Source of the DNA: Tubulanus polymorphus
Taxonomy: Eukaryota > Animalia > Nemertea
Length of the DNA stretch: 64,000 nucleotides
Direction of reading: 5' to 3'
Assembly (NCBI RefSeq): GCF_964204645.1
Contig: NC_134033.1
Span: 10,424,655 to 10,488,654, forward strand
The notes beneath the pieces are model-generated. The model had not been told where the DNA came from. It saw only the letters and a program-made list of their open reading frames with translations, and made no database searches. Both the position numbers and the translations under genes were made by a program. Of the stretch, positions 32,354 through 44,628 are shown in pieces (position 1 is the first letter of the stretch; the number at the start of each line of letters is the position of its first letter).

Positions 32354-35300
32354 ATGGAGTTAGATTTAGAAGAAGGTAACCGGTTTCGGGTAGTCTGTGT
32401 GTAAACTAAAGTAAACTCGTCACAAAGTCAGTGAAAGTTTCACTTCGATGAAGAGGTTTTACAGCTGTTGAGACTCACTGAGAGTGGTTCATCAGAGACA
32501 GAGGGTGAATCAGTAAGAGGGGGGTGTATCTATATTGGTGAGAGAGGGGCCAAGGGACGGGTGTATCAGACAATGTTGTGTGAATCAGTGGGGATCGAGA
32601 TGACGAAATTTACCGAGATGACATGAAATATAACATATTTATTTATTCCTTATCGATTTTTAGAGAGAATCAAATTTGCGATATCTTCCTGCTGGGTAGG
32701 GCCTGGGACCCCTTTTCGATTACAGCCGAGTTAAAAACGAACCCACCCGCATATCTCCTACGCTACGCCAATGGCGGGACTACTTTTCATTAATTAAAGC
32801 CTGGGGCCGGTTGCTCAAAAGTTGGTTAAAGATAACCAACGAATAAATACCAAAGTAACATTGAACTTTTAATTGTCACTATCAACTATCCACTGGTTAA
32901 CCTAGTCAGTAACCTGTCTGTGGTTTAGTTTCACAATCGGATATTTTCACAAACCACAGTCAGGAATGGGAAGGTCATTTTTGTATGAAATCTTCGTCAG
33001 CCAATTTGACTGACGAGTAATTTGCCTGGCATTTCATTGTCTCTTAAGACATCTGTCTAATTTTTGTTGTAATCGACGCACAACAGATTCGTAGTTTGTC
33101 TGATACCTATAACACCTCACCTGACGATCTTAATCCATGTGCAAATCGGCCGTAAAGTGAGAGTAAATTTCCGTCCAGTCAACAGCTGCCATTTTGAAAA
33201 TTACTGGAGGTGCTGGCACCTGTGGACTGAGGCCAGGACAACAGCACAAACTAACAAAGCGAAACGACGAAATTAAAAAAAATTAAGAAATCAATACTTA
33301 TTCACATTTTTCTTTTACCAGAAATTTATTATTTCATTATTTGTTATGGAAAACACGAAGATTTGAAATAAAAGTTGGAAAACCATCAAAAATAAAAATT
33401 GTCGTTTCGTCTTGGAAGTTTTATATAAATCCTTGTAGGTCCCCTTGTCTTATCATGCCACATGTGCAATACAGAGAAATGGCGGCCAATGGCGAAATTT
33501 GTGGAGAAATTAATTAATTTCTCAAAATAATGTTGATTAATCACTCGAAACATACATAAAATTGGATTATTTCGAAAGGTACCTGTGTTAGTTTGTGAAT
33601 AAAGCCATTAATTGTGGACTGAAGTGAATAGAAAGTATATTTTTGAAGTGTTACTTTTTTCAACCGTGTTTTAGTCCTTGTCATCCCTAACGTTGGTATA
33701 AGCCCATCCGATTATAAAAAGCTTACCACCAACGATTAGGTAACTAACTATGGTTAACCCTAACCAACTTTTGAGCAACTGGCCCCTGGTTTTCACGAGC
33801 AGTTTGCAGCTAGCTTTTTCCTGTGACTTTTCCAGCTTCGTGAAAACGACTTGAAAGCGGCATGCATTTTCACGTTGTCGGTTCCAGCCAGATTTTCTTG
33901 CAGCCTTTTCCAGTTATGCGAAAACGCTGCGCGCAACAAGAAGCAAGAATGTGCACGGTTGCCCGGACAACCGAATTTCATTACCAGCGGGATGCGTTTC
34001 CGGCTGTTGGACAAAAAAAGCTGTTGCGTGCAATAGCTGGAAATCACTGCCAGTAGCTGGAAGTTTGACCATTTTCACGAGGGTTTTCGGTGGCAGAGCT
34101 GGAAGCCGTCGCGGCAAACTTTTCACGAGCGGTTTCCAGCCAACAAATTCCAGCTGAGCAATATCGCAGTAGCCTACCTTTTAGCGGCTACCGGCAAATT
34201 GTTCGGCGTTTTCACGAGCGGTTTCCTGCGGCGGCTGGAATGGAAAGAGTTAGCCGGAAGCTGCTCGTGAAAACCAGTCTTAACCCTTTCAGTGCATCTA
34301 CACCGCAGTGCGGTGTATAAATCAGTGATTGATTTTGCTAGCACATGGCACTGCGGTGTATAGATGTAATAAGTAATTAGTAACTCTCTTGAAAAATGGC
34401 AGCACCTGTCAAACATAGTGAAATACTAGTAATTTACGATACGCCGCTCTGCGGTGTGTAGACGCACTACAGTGGTACGCCCGTTATTCAACACACTAGG
34501 GTTTAATTTTTCAAAAAATTCCAATTATCTCCAGCACTGTAGGGTATTAATTAGTCAGCACTGAAATGGTTAAGCCTGACATTCGATGAAATGTTTTGTG
34601 TTATCGATTATAGGTGGCGCTGGTGGTAGCGGTAGAAGTACCCCGGTACAGGATGAGAGAGAATATCAGTTAGAGGAGAGAGATGAAGCACCTGCTGCTG
34701 ATTTAGGTATCACCTCGCCCCGTCACCCCCAAAATTTGAGCGTTTACATTTCAGCTGGTCCTGACTGTTTATTATGATTTCAGGGTTTGAGGCCGAACAA
34801 GATGATGGAGATAACGAGGATGATCACCATAGTAACATAGGTGCATCCCCTGCTGCAGCAGTCACAAGTCCTGCAGAATCACATAACAGTATCAGATCTC
34901 CATCACCAGACTCCAAGTCACCAGCAGGGAGTCACAGATCTAGAAGTCCTGGTGGTCAGTCACCTGAGAGTCACAGATCTGGAAGTCCCGGTGGTCAGTC
35001 ACCTGGGAGTCATAGATCTGGGAGTCCAGATGGTCAGTCACCGAGTAGCCAGAGATCTGGGAGTCCTGGTGGTCAGTCTGTGGGTAGTCCTGCAAGTCAC
35101 AAATCAGGAAGTCCTGAAGTTCAGTCGCCCGGGAGTCACAGATCTGGAAGTCCAGGGAGTCAGAAATCGGGGAGTCCTGGTGGTCAGTCACCGAGAAGTC
35201 AGAGATCTGGAAGTCCAGGGAGTCAGAGATCAGGGAGTCCTGGTGGTCAGTCACCAAGAAGTCAAAGATCTGGAAGTCCAGGGAGTCAGAGATCAGGGAG

Positions 35301-38300
35301 TCCTGGTGGCCAGTCACCAAGAAGTCAAATATCTGGAAGTCCAGGTAGTCAGAGATCAGGAAGTCCCGGTGGTCAGTCACCCAGAAGTCAAAGATCAGGG
35401 AGTCCTCAGTCACCAGGGAGTCCCAGATCAGGGAGTCCTGCCAGTAACCGGTCACGGTCAGGCTCGCCTGCTTCAGCTAGGTCAAGGTCACCGGGTTCAC
35501 AGAGGTCACGGTCACCTGGATCACCTCCGAGGTCACCGGGTTCAGATAGTCCAGTAGCAGAAGGGGTGTCCGGTGATGAAGCAGCTCCAGTTACGAACGA
35601 CAGATCGAGATCTGTGAGTCCTGCACCCGGCAATCGTCATAGTAACGACAGAGATGAAGATGATATCAACGCATCCGAAAATGCAGATACATCAGCAGCA
35701 TCGGCGCATAGAGAAGATGCTGAATCCGATGAGGATGGTGCAGTAGCTGCAGCCAAACAGCGAGAGCCGGAGGAGGCTGGATCAGAGTCGGACGGTGAAC
35801 ATACTCGACGAAATGCCAGAAAATCGCGAGCAGTTTTATCGGACGATGAGGAGGAAGGAGGAGGAAGGAGTGAGGATGATAGAACAGCTGTGGCTGCTTC
35901 AGACTCGGAGCATTCCGATAAAGAAGGTAAAGTAGATTCATTCACTCGGTCTTGATTTATGATTACAGATCACCTCGGCACCTTCACTGTGCGCCTAGAA
36001 ATATTTATCAATCAATAATTGGTAGATTTGTCACATTCAACAATATGTGATAATAATGATATTAATAATGATATATTGCAGTGTTCTCCGCAACAGGTTT
36101 TAGACGGGAAGACAACCCTTTCATTTTTACAACACCCACCCTGAAATCAGCCACCACTTATAAAATAGCTGCTGCTCCTACCAGAGTGGATGTCAATATT
36201 CTATCAATGCTGATAATTGCTTTGAAACGTATAATAATATATTTATCTATAAGCATAATAAGTTACATATAATTAATTTAAACGTAATAATGGCGATCAA
36301 TGCATAGAGAAGACATCGACAAGCCTAGTGGCTGAACTCATAGAACAGACCGATGCCCTATTGTTGAGCTAATGTGGAAAATAGAATGTTACACCAAAAT
36401 TAAGCTTAAGTTTCTGTATTTTTGGGGATCGAAAGCCTCGCTACTCTAGCAGCCACGATGTCATACACTGAACAATGAATGCAGCCCCTTTAAAATTCCA
36501 GCATATGAAGAACATTGTATTACTTTTAGAAGCGCCTTACTGATTATAAAATCTCTAAGCTCTTATGTACAGGATGCTGAAAATTATTTTCAAGAACTTA
36601 CAAATGGCATTTCAAAACGTTCTATTTTATGAAATATGGAGTACACCTCCGGTTTATATACACGGAGAGACCATTGATGGTTTTAATTTTAAATGCTAAG
36701 ATAAAAACCCACTATTTACAAATTAAAAGAAATCTAAAATCGGAGTACCTGGTCTCCTCTGTATATATACCCCTGTTTTTAGTCAATATCTCACACCTGA
36801 CGATGATCTCTAGTGTGAGATCGAAACGTCGTGTTTTTACATTTTAGATTGTTTCAATTAATAAATTCTCGATTTTAGATTTCTTATAATTTGTAAATAG
36901 TGGGTTTTTATCTTATCATCTGTTCACCACGTTTGAGTGTGGTTATCATACCAATTTTTAATGCGTTTTATAGATGATGCAGTGCGACCCGTTGATCAGC
37001 AACAACAGCAGCAGCACAGTAAGCTAGACGATGGTTTGATCGCTGATATATTCGGCGACAGCGACGAAGAAGAAGAATTTGAAGGTTTCGGCGACGTTGA
37101 ACAAACTCAACCGATCGAGGACTCCGACGATGAATCGCCGGCCGCGCCTTCTGCTGGCGCCGGTGCAGCTGTTTTACCAGATCTGTCCGATGATGACGAC
37201 GAAGGCCAAGCCGGGTACGAATGAAATATTTCACTTTATTCAATATCTTCACTCGAAGTTATCAATATCCGAGCATAGCTTCGCGAGTGCGTTAGCAGTT
37301 TGTAGGCACCCCTTCAGCCTGGAGCCATTCCCTTTAGTCCAGTTCCCTTCAGCCCGGAACCACCTGTTTTCAATCTGGAGCCTCCCCTTCAGCCTGAAAC
37401 TATTCCCTTAAGCCTGGGGCCACCCTGCTTCAGCCTGGAGCCATTCCTTTTACCTTAGGGCCACCCCTCTTCAGCCTGGAGCCATTCATTTTAGCCTAGG
37501 GCCACCCCTCTTCAGACTGGAGCCATTCCCTTTAGCCTGGGGCCACCCTGCTTCAGCCTGGAGCAATTCCTTTTACCCTAGGGCCACCCCTCTTCAGTCT
37601 GGAGCCATTCCCTTTAGCCTGGGGCCACCCTTCTTCAGCCTGGAGCCATTCCTTTGACCCTAGGGCCACCCCTGCTTCAGCCTGGAGCCATTCCTTTTAC
37701 CCTAGGGCCACCCCTCTTCAGTCTGGAGCCATTCCTTATAGCCTGGGCCACCCTGCTTCAGCCTGGAGCCATTCCTTTTACCCTTGGGCCACCCCTGCTT
37801 CAGTCTGGAGCCATTCCTTATAGCCTGGGCCACCCTGCTTCAGCCTGGAGCCATTCCCTTTAGCCTGGTGTCACCCTGCTTCAGCCTGGAGCCATTCCTT
37901 TTACCCTAGGGCCACCCCTCTTCAGTCTGGAGCCATTCCCTTTAGCCTGGTGTCACCCATCTTCTGCATGGAGCGCCACCCTCGTCATTCTGCGTTTTTC
38001 TCTCAGTTCTAGTATGGTGTCCGACTTTGATTTGATGATGGAACGTAAGAAAGAAGAAAACCGCGCCCATCGCAAGAAGAGGCGTAATGAAGACATAATC
38101 AACGACAGTGACGATCTGATTGCCGATTTGATCAAACGAATGAAAGCGGCGGCCGAGGAGGACAGAGAACTGAACCGCAAGAAGCAGTGCGCGACGAAAA
38201 AACTGAGTTTACTCCCAACGGTCATATCACAACTGAGGAAAACTGATTTACATACAGCCTTCTTAGACTGTGGGATACTGAGTGCTTTAACGGTACGTTA

Positions 38301-41300
38301 CTACCCTTCACTCACGCCCCCTAGTAGTCACAAACTGTATTAAATGACGTTTGTTTTTTCTACGAACAGTTGGCCCCTCGTGTCCCCTAGTGGTGACAAA
38401 TCGATAACTGTTGTTTTTCTGCCGCTCACACCCCCCTAGTGGTGACAAATATATGTGCTGTTTGTTAATTTTCTACGAGTGGTTGGCCCCTCAAACCCCC
38501 TTGTGGTTGCAAAACTGTTACAAATATTGTTTCTTTATTTTGAAGGAGTGATTGGCCCCTCATGCCACCTAGAAGTCACAAAATTAATTGAAGAATATTG
38601 TTTCTTCATTTTCTAGGTGTGGTCGGCCCCTCATGCCCCCTAGTGGTAGTGACAAATTCTAATAAATGTTTTTTGGTTATTTTCTAGGAGTGGTTGGCCC
38701 CTTTACCAGATAAAAGTTTACCACACATGCAAATCAGAGAATTTCTATTGAGAGCGTTATCAGAGGTAGATATTGATATCCTCCCCCTCCCTCCCCTCCC
38801 TCCCTCTCCCTCTCCCTCTCCCTCTCTCTTCTAAACAGAATGTTGATTGTGATGATGTTTAAACTGATTTCAGTTTCCTCCGATTCCATCTGATCTTCTG
38901 AAGAGCAGTGGAACTGGTAAAGCCGTCATGTATTTATATCAACATCCGAAAGAGGTGAAATCAAATAAAGAAAAGGCCGGAAAACTAATCAGTAAGTTCC
39001 ACAACTACTATACACAGTTCCACTTCTACAACAAGACAGTTCCACATTTCTGTACTCAGTTCCACAGTTACTGAATCCAGTGCCACTGTTCTGTATCCAG
39101 TTCCACAGTTGATAGACTCAGTTCCACAGTTACTGGATACAGTTCCACATTTCTTGATCCAGTTCCACGGTAACTAGACTCAGTTCCACCTGGCGGCAGT
39201 TCCACAATTCTGTACTCAGATTCACGGTTACCAGACTCGGTTCGACATTTCTAGATCCAGTTCCACAGTTCTGGATTCGTAATTAAACTCTTCAGATAAA
39301 TGTGATTAACTGATATTTGATGTCGATGAATATTATTTACGGAATAGATAACAAGACGAGTAGTACTATACATTCACCTGATGAAGCTTCTACACATTAG
39401 TATCAAAGCTCATGCATCAAGTAAATAGTTAAAATATATAGTACTACTCTTGATTAATTGAAGAAGTCCCACAATTCGAATTTTATATGAAATGATTTAT
39501 TAGAATGAAACCACAACATTTCGGCTGTTGACTAACAGCCATCATCAGGTGGAATGACCAGAAAACAAAAGTAACGTAGCGTATAAACTTACAGGACATA
39601 AACAAAAGCTGTGTCAGAATAAATGTAAACAGAACAAGTGACAAATGAAAACAACCAGGGGTGCCGTAGAAACCACAGAATTCTATGAAGAGTTAGGATG
39701 AATACAAATTATGTAACTAAGTGGAACTAGTTGAAGTGGATGGAATTCGAATTGAGGGACCTCTTCAATTAATCTACAGTATACACGAATTCGAATTCAA
39801 ATATTTATTGACACTTTATGTTATATATAGATATCAGTTTACAAGTCAATAAATGGGAAAAGGTACAATACAAATAAACAATATGATATAGGAATAGAGA
39901 CAGAGTAAAAATGAGGAAAGTTATCTATAGATGTATCCCTAATCGATACATAGTAGATTACGCCGCTCAATAAAGAGATCATTGACAAATTAACAAACAA
40001 TGTGTGCGGCGATTTCTATATCACCGTTATTATAAGACATGAGAAATACAAACAGTTTTTCTGGAGACTGAGAATTTGCATCGGAAAATTCGTCGAGTTT
40101 GGATAGTAGATTCCTATTTGAATTACTAAGTTTTGGACATTTTGTTAGTAAGTGTAGTTCAGTTATCATCATACGTGGATTAGAGTGTTTCATTCGACTA
40201 CCATAGTACTACTGGTCTCGCTATTTGTTCTAAACCCTGTTAACGCGGCTACTCTACGAATGTTCTCATTATTCACAGATGAATGGGCGAGACCGATCTT
40301 CAATCTGACGTCGAACTATAAAAGTCTTACTCGGGAAGAACGAGAACAACGCGATTACGAGCAGTTGCCTAAAAAACGTAAACTCAGCGTCGAGACCGGA
40401 TCGGCGACTCCTCGTCGAGATATCGATAAGGCTATGACTGAAGACAAGTAAGTTTCGATTACGCCGTTCGAGGTGGCGCCACTTACCTGGAAATAACGGA
40501 AAAGTCTGGGAATTTTGTTAAAGAAGCTAAAAATCAGGGAAATTTGTTTAAAAATCAAACAGTTTCCGTCTATATTTCACGTATTCGACTGTGTTAATTG
40601 ATTTTATTCTTAACAGATCAGTCAGGGAAAACAATGCGTGTGGCGGGGTAAAGTCAGGGAAAAGCCAGTCAAATATTAGTGGCCACCCTGAAGTTTCAAT
40701 TAGGTCTACAATGGAACCTCGCTGTAACGAACTTCACGGGACCAGATAATCGATGTTCGTTATAACTGATAGTTCGTTATATCCAGTATGAAAGTAGTTG
40801 ATATTGTCGTAGTTTTGTTATAATTGATAAATCAGTATATCCGAAATGAGGTGCGCGGTCCTTACTGATCGGGCGTTATCCAGAAATCACAGAATTCTAG
40901 CCATTGTCTTGAGAATCTAGTGATTTTGAATTTTTGGTATCTCATGTTGTTCTTACCTAGGCATATTATGTTAAAACAATCAATTTCGAAATTATAGCTT
41001 ATGACATGTTCTATGATGGTGGTGAGTTTCAAGGTCATTGGGTTTTGTATATGTCCACAAGGGGGCGTTAAAAAGTAGAATTATTTAGTATTTCTATGAT
41101 TCTGGTAAGTATCAAGGTCATATTCAGTATATGGTCACCAGGGGCGTTGAATATTGAATAATTAGATTTTTGAGCATTCGAAACCACATCCCAAGTGGAC
41201 ATGATATTGGCAGCAAGTCATTGGATAAATCATAGTTTTGGGTGGCCTTGAATATAAAGCGTCCTTAAGAAAATGAACCCCGGTTTGAGCCTGATACAGT

Positions 41301-42468
41301 AGAACTAGCTGAATTCAGATTGGTTTTATTCGGATTTTCACTTAATTCGGACTAGTATTCCGTTCGGTTCTATTCAATTGGGAGCGCATAATTCGGATTT
41401 CGTTTATTAATATTCCAGGCCCAGGTGATCTGAATTAAGCGAGTTCTAATGTATCTTCGTGAATAACTGAATGTCATTTGAATTGAGAGAATGAACTAAA
41501 TCTTTATTGAGAAAATTAAATGTGTGTAATCGGGATCCTTATCCAGTTCTACAGTTTTGGGTAGCGTGAACATACCGGTAACCGGTAGTTCATTTTCGAT
41601 GAGTCAAATCTCTAACTGGCAACTGTGGAACTGGTTCCTCGAATTCAAGATTGAGGCGAATGATCAAGGGTTTACTGTACCGGTATTTCGGAAGAGATGT
41701 AATTTCCGACTGAGAGTGTTTAAACGATGATGTATGTTTATATTGTAGAGGAGCGTTACGACCCGGTGATAAAGGTTGGATCAGTAGAGCGCGAGTTCCG
41801 ATGCCGTCTCATAAAGATTACGTTATTCGCCCGAAATGGCAGACGGACGACGACGATGAAACTGAATTCATCAAGGTAAAACGAATAACCTGTGACCCCC
41901 ACTATCTCTCTTCTCCGCCCCTTCCTCTCCTCTCTCTTTCCTCTTCCCTCTGTCCCTCCTCTTTTCATTCACCCTCTCCTCTCTGCAGTCTCACCTCTTC
42001 TCTTTTCTCTCCACTCGCCACTCTACCCTCTGTCTCTCTCTCTCTTCCCTCCTCCACTCACGCCTATCACTCTCTTCCCTCCTCTTTCCATTCAATCTCT
42101 CCACTCTCACCTTCCTCCCTCCTCTTTCTTCTCCACTCCCCCCTCTCTCTTCCCTCCTCCACTCATGCCTATCACTCTCTTCCCTCCTCTTTCCATTCAA
42201 CCTCTCCACTCTCACCTCCTCTTTCCTCTCCCTTCAGTTCATCTCGCCTACCTCTCTCCCCTCCTTACATTTCTTATTTCCCCGTTTCTTATTGCCTCTT
42301 TTTACTAAACGGATCCTTTTGAGTTCTTCATTTTTCATGTTTCAGCCGAAGAAGAAAGAACTGACTCGATACGAGAGACATAAACGATCGTTTCAAGAGC
42401 GTAAAGCGCGAGATAAAACGCAACGCGCCGTTAACATCAGTATAGAGGGACGTAACATGTCGCTATAG
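32354..42468 (+). CDS. IWS1: Protein IWS1 homolog (Spt6-interacting elongation factor), 10 exons
   Basis: Exons 32354-32375, 34614-34706, 34784-35926, 36974-37214, 38007-38292, 38688-38765, 38874-38991, 40279-40447, 41749-41875, 42346-42468, phases consistent. Motifs [69 protein letters not shown]. Confidence 0.95.
32804..33785. mobile_element. MITE with 25-bp TIRs and CTG target duplication (Harbinger-like)
   Basis: ctg|gggccggttgctcaaaagttggtta ... taaccaacttttgagcaactggccc|ctg. Confidence 0.8.
33786..34277. mobile_element. MITE with CTGGTTTTCACGAGCAG TIRs and internal subrepeats
   Basis: ctggttttcacgagcag ... ctgctcgtgaaaaccag; ttttcacgag recurs internally. Confidence 0.75.
34284..34569. 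mobile_element. piggyBac-like MITE
   Basis: TTAA|ccctttcagtgc ... gcactgaaatgg|TTAA. Confidence 0.75.
36793..36834 (+). ncRNA. Minimal type I hammerhead ribozyme (family A), intact, sense in IWS1 intron 3
   Basis: acac-CUGACGA-u-gaucuc-uagugu-gagauc-GAAA-C-GUC-gugu; stem I acac/gugu, stem II gaucuc/gagauc. Confidence 0.7.
37308..37960. repeat. Minisatellite, ~41-bp unit, IWS1 intron 4
   Basis: cttcagcctggagccattccctttagcctggggccaccctg repeated. Confidence 0.95.
38995..39275. repeat. Degenerate ~21-bp minisatellite related to the CCAGTTCCACAG MITE terminus
   Basis: cagttccacagttactggatc-type units. Confidence 0.8.
39511..39552 (-). ncRNA. Minimal hammerhead motif (family B)
   Basis: ccac-CUGAUGA-u-ggcuguu-aguc-aacagcc-GAAA-UGUU-gugg; flanks are homologous to 21340-21580. 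Confidence 0.55.
40709..41451. mobile_element. Tc1/mariner-like MITE (degenerate)
   Basis: ta|caatggaacctcgctgtaacgaac ... gaattaagcgagttctaatg|ta. Confidence 0.5.
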
Positions 42469-43320
42469 CGACGTATTGTCGTTGGCAACAATACCATCGC
42501 TCTAAAGCATCGTTAACATTCGTAGACTCTGTGCATTTAAACGCGAATAAACAACAGTTCATCAGACGGCGATTGATCGCTAACAGTCGACGGGTATACC
42601 CCTGTCTAATAGGGCTGTCAGAGATAGCCTCGCCCACATGGCAGCGGGTCCCAAGGCATCCTCACTCGCCAGGGTTTGATTACCGCCCGCCGAAGCACAC
42701 GCCAACGCAGACACTGGCTGCTGACCCTTTATCGGTCTATTACATCGCCCAAGATTTCTTGGGCGGACAAGTTGCCGCTAAATGGTCACTAGTCTATATA
42801 TCTAGCCAATTGGATGCATTGGGTTGAAAAACAATGCGTCTGATTGGCTAATTATATGGACTGGTGGCCGCTAAGCGGCAACCTGTCCACCTAAGAAATG
42901 TCAGGCGATTTAATAGACCAATGAAGGGTTTGCGGCAAGGGTTTGTATTGGCGTGAGCTTCGGTGGGCGGTAATCAAACCCTGGCAAGCGAGGATTGTTC
43001 TAGGGATAACACTGGCCCAATCTGGTGTGTGTGTGTGTTGTACGTATTGATTTTGCATGTAAATATTGTAATTGATCAGGGTTGAGGAGGTAATCAATAA
43101 GACAGCTCTCCCTGGTGTGAGACCACGGCTTAAATAGGGCTTTTATGAAATGAATCGTTTTTTAATTGTTTTCTGTAAAATCGTGTAAATAATTTTCTAA
43201 AAAAAATATAGAGTATAAAAGACTGTCATCAGTTTAAACTAGTAATAATACTACATGTATTGTTTATTGGTATTCATGGTATTTTCAAGTTAAGTTTTAA
43301 AGCGAGCTCAAGTCACCAGC

Positions 43321-43430
43321 AGGACCCGTTTTTATAGACTGGTATTACCTTTAACCCGGGGGCTAACTCGATTGATAATGAATTGAGTTAGCCCTCGGGT
43401 TAAAGGTAATACCAGTCTATTAAACCAGGG
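43321..43430. repeat. Near-perfect palindromic MITE/hairpin
   Basis: atagactggtattacctttaacccgggggctaactc ... gagttagccctcgggttaaaggtaataccagtctat. Confidence 0.85.
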
Positions 43431-44628
43431 TTAGGTGAAGGAGCCTTGGCAAGTAGAGGATTGAAAAGGTATATTTCTTGACGGACAATATGACGTCATG
43501 CGCATCCATCCCTGTTAAGCAGACGCGGATCCAGACTGTTGCACATGTAGCGCGTGCATCAGTCACAGTTTTCAAGTGCGACTTCGAAAAATTCTGGTTT
43601 CACGAAATAAACCTGCTGTGCACAACGTCTGTAGTATGGCGGGTAGTTTTCTGTTCTGCTCGCTATAGTGACGTTATTGGTTTTAAAAGAGGACACGACC
43701 TTCACGGTTTACTGAGTGGCAAGACGCTAAGCAGGGCGCACAATTTGTAAACTATTGAATTCAAAAAGTTTGGTTTTCTCGCGCGAGAAAACGAAAACAG
43801 AAAAGTTTGCTGGTAAAAGAATTTTATATAGCCTCTAGCCAGTCAGAAGAATTTTTTCAAACCCATATATTTTGTTTTCTCTAGCGGGAAAACCAAAGAA
43901 CGGGCCAATATGAGAGTTTTTTAAAATTTTCTTAGCCTCAGCCAACTGCATGCTCACCCCCTCAAATGCCTTCAAAAAAAATTTATAAGGGGTTTTTCCG
44001 TGTAAATAGCCTTCTAAGAAGATGAAATAAGAATCTTAGCTGCCTCAGAAACAGAACTAACAGTAGCGCCGCATTTTATTTTCTTATTGGCAGCGTTTTC
44101 AGAATTGGCCAAACTAGGAATCGTGAGCTTCGAGTGGCCTAACGAGTTAATGATTTGAACCTGGGACTCCTTGCTTCGATTAATCTTCCAAAACAAATAT
44201 AATTTGCGGGGCCAAGATACCGGGGGTGAAAATTCAAACCAGCCGGATTACAAACTCGCAATAAAAGAATAACTGACTTAATTTATTAAAAACTAGACAC
44301 ATTTTTCGACAACCCGAAATATTTCTAGTATTTTGAATAAATGTGTTAGTAAATTAACTTTCATTTGCCGGGCCGCTCGCGGGCTCTTGGTCTCACGTGC
44401 TAACTGCCGTCGATCATTCATCAGAATTTAAAATAGTTTGCTAATCAAAATAACCAATTTAACGTTAGGCCTATTAACATTTTAAAAACCATGTTTTGAT
44501 CGGTATTTTATTGGGATCTCTTTCAAAGGGCGGCGCCAAGAATTGGCTGAATCTGTTTTCTAGATAAAATCAGGACTCGAACCACGTTAATTGAGTGCTT
44601 TTTTACCGGTACCCAGTCTACATTCAAG

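Noticed and set aside
34841-35557. Alternative-frame and antisense ORFs over the IWS1 repeat exon
   Set aside because: By-products of the coding repeat.
41801-42322. Ser/Pro/Leu-rich ORFs (also 23916-24198 and 52944-53135)
   Set aside because: CT/GA-rich low-complexity non-coding tracts.
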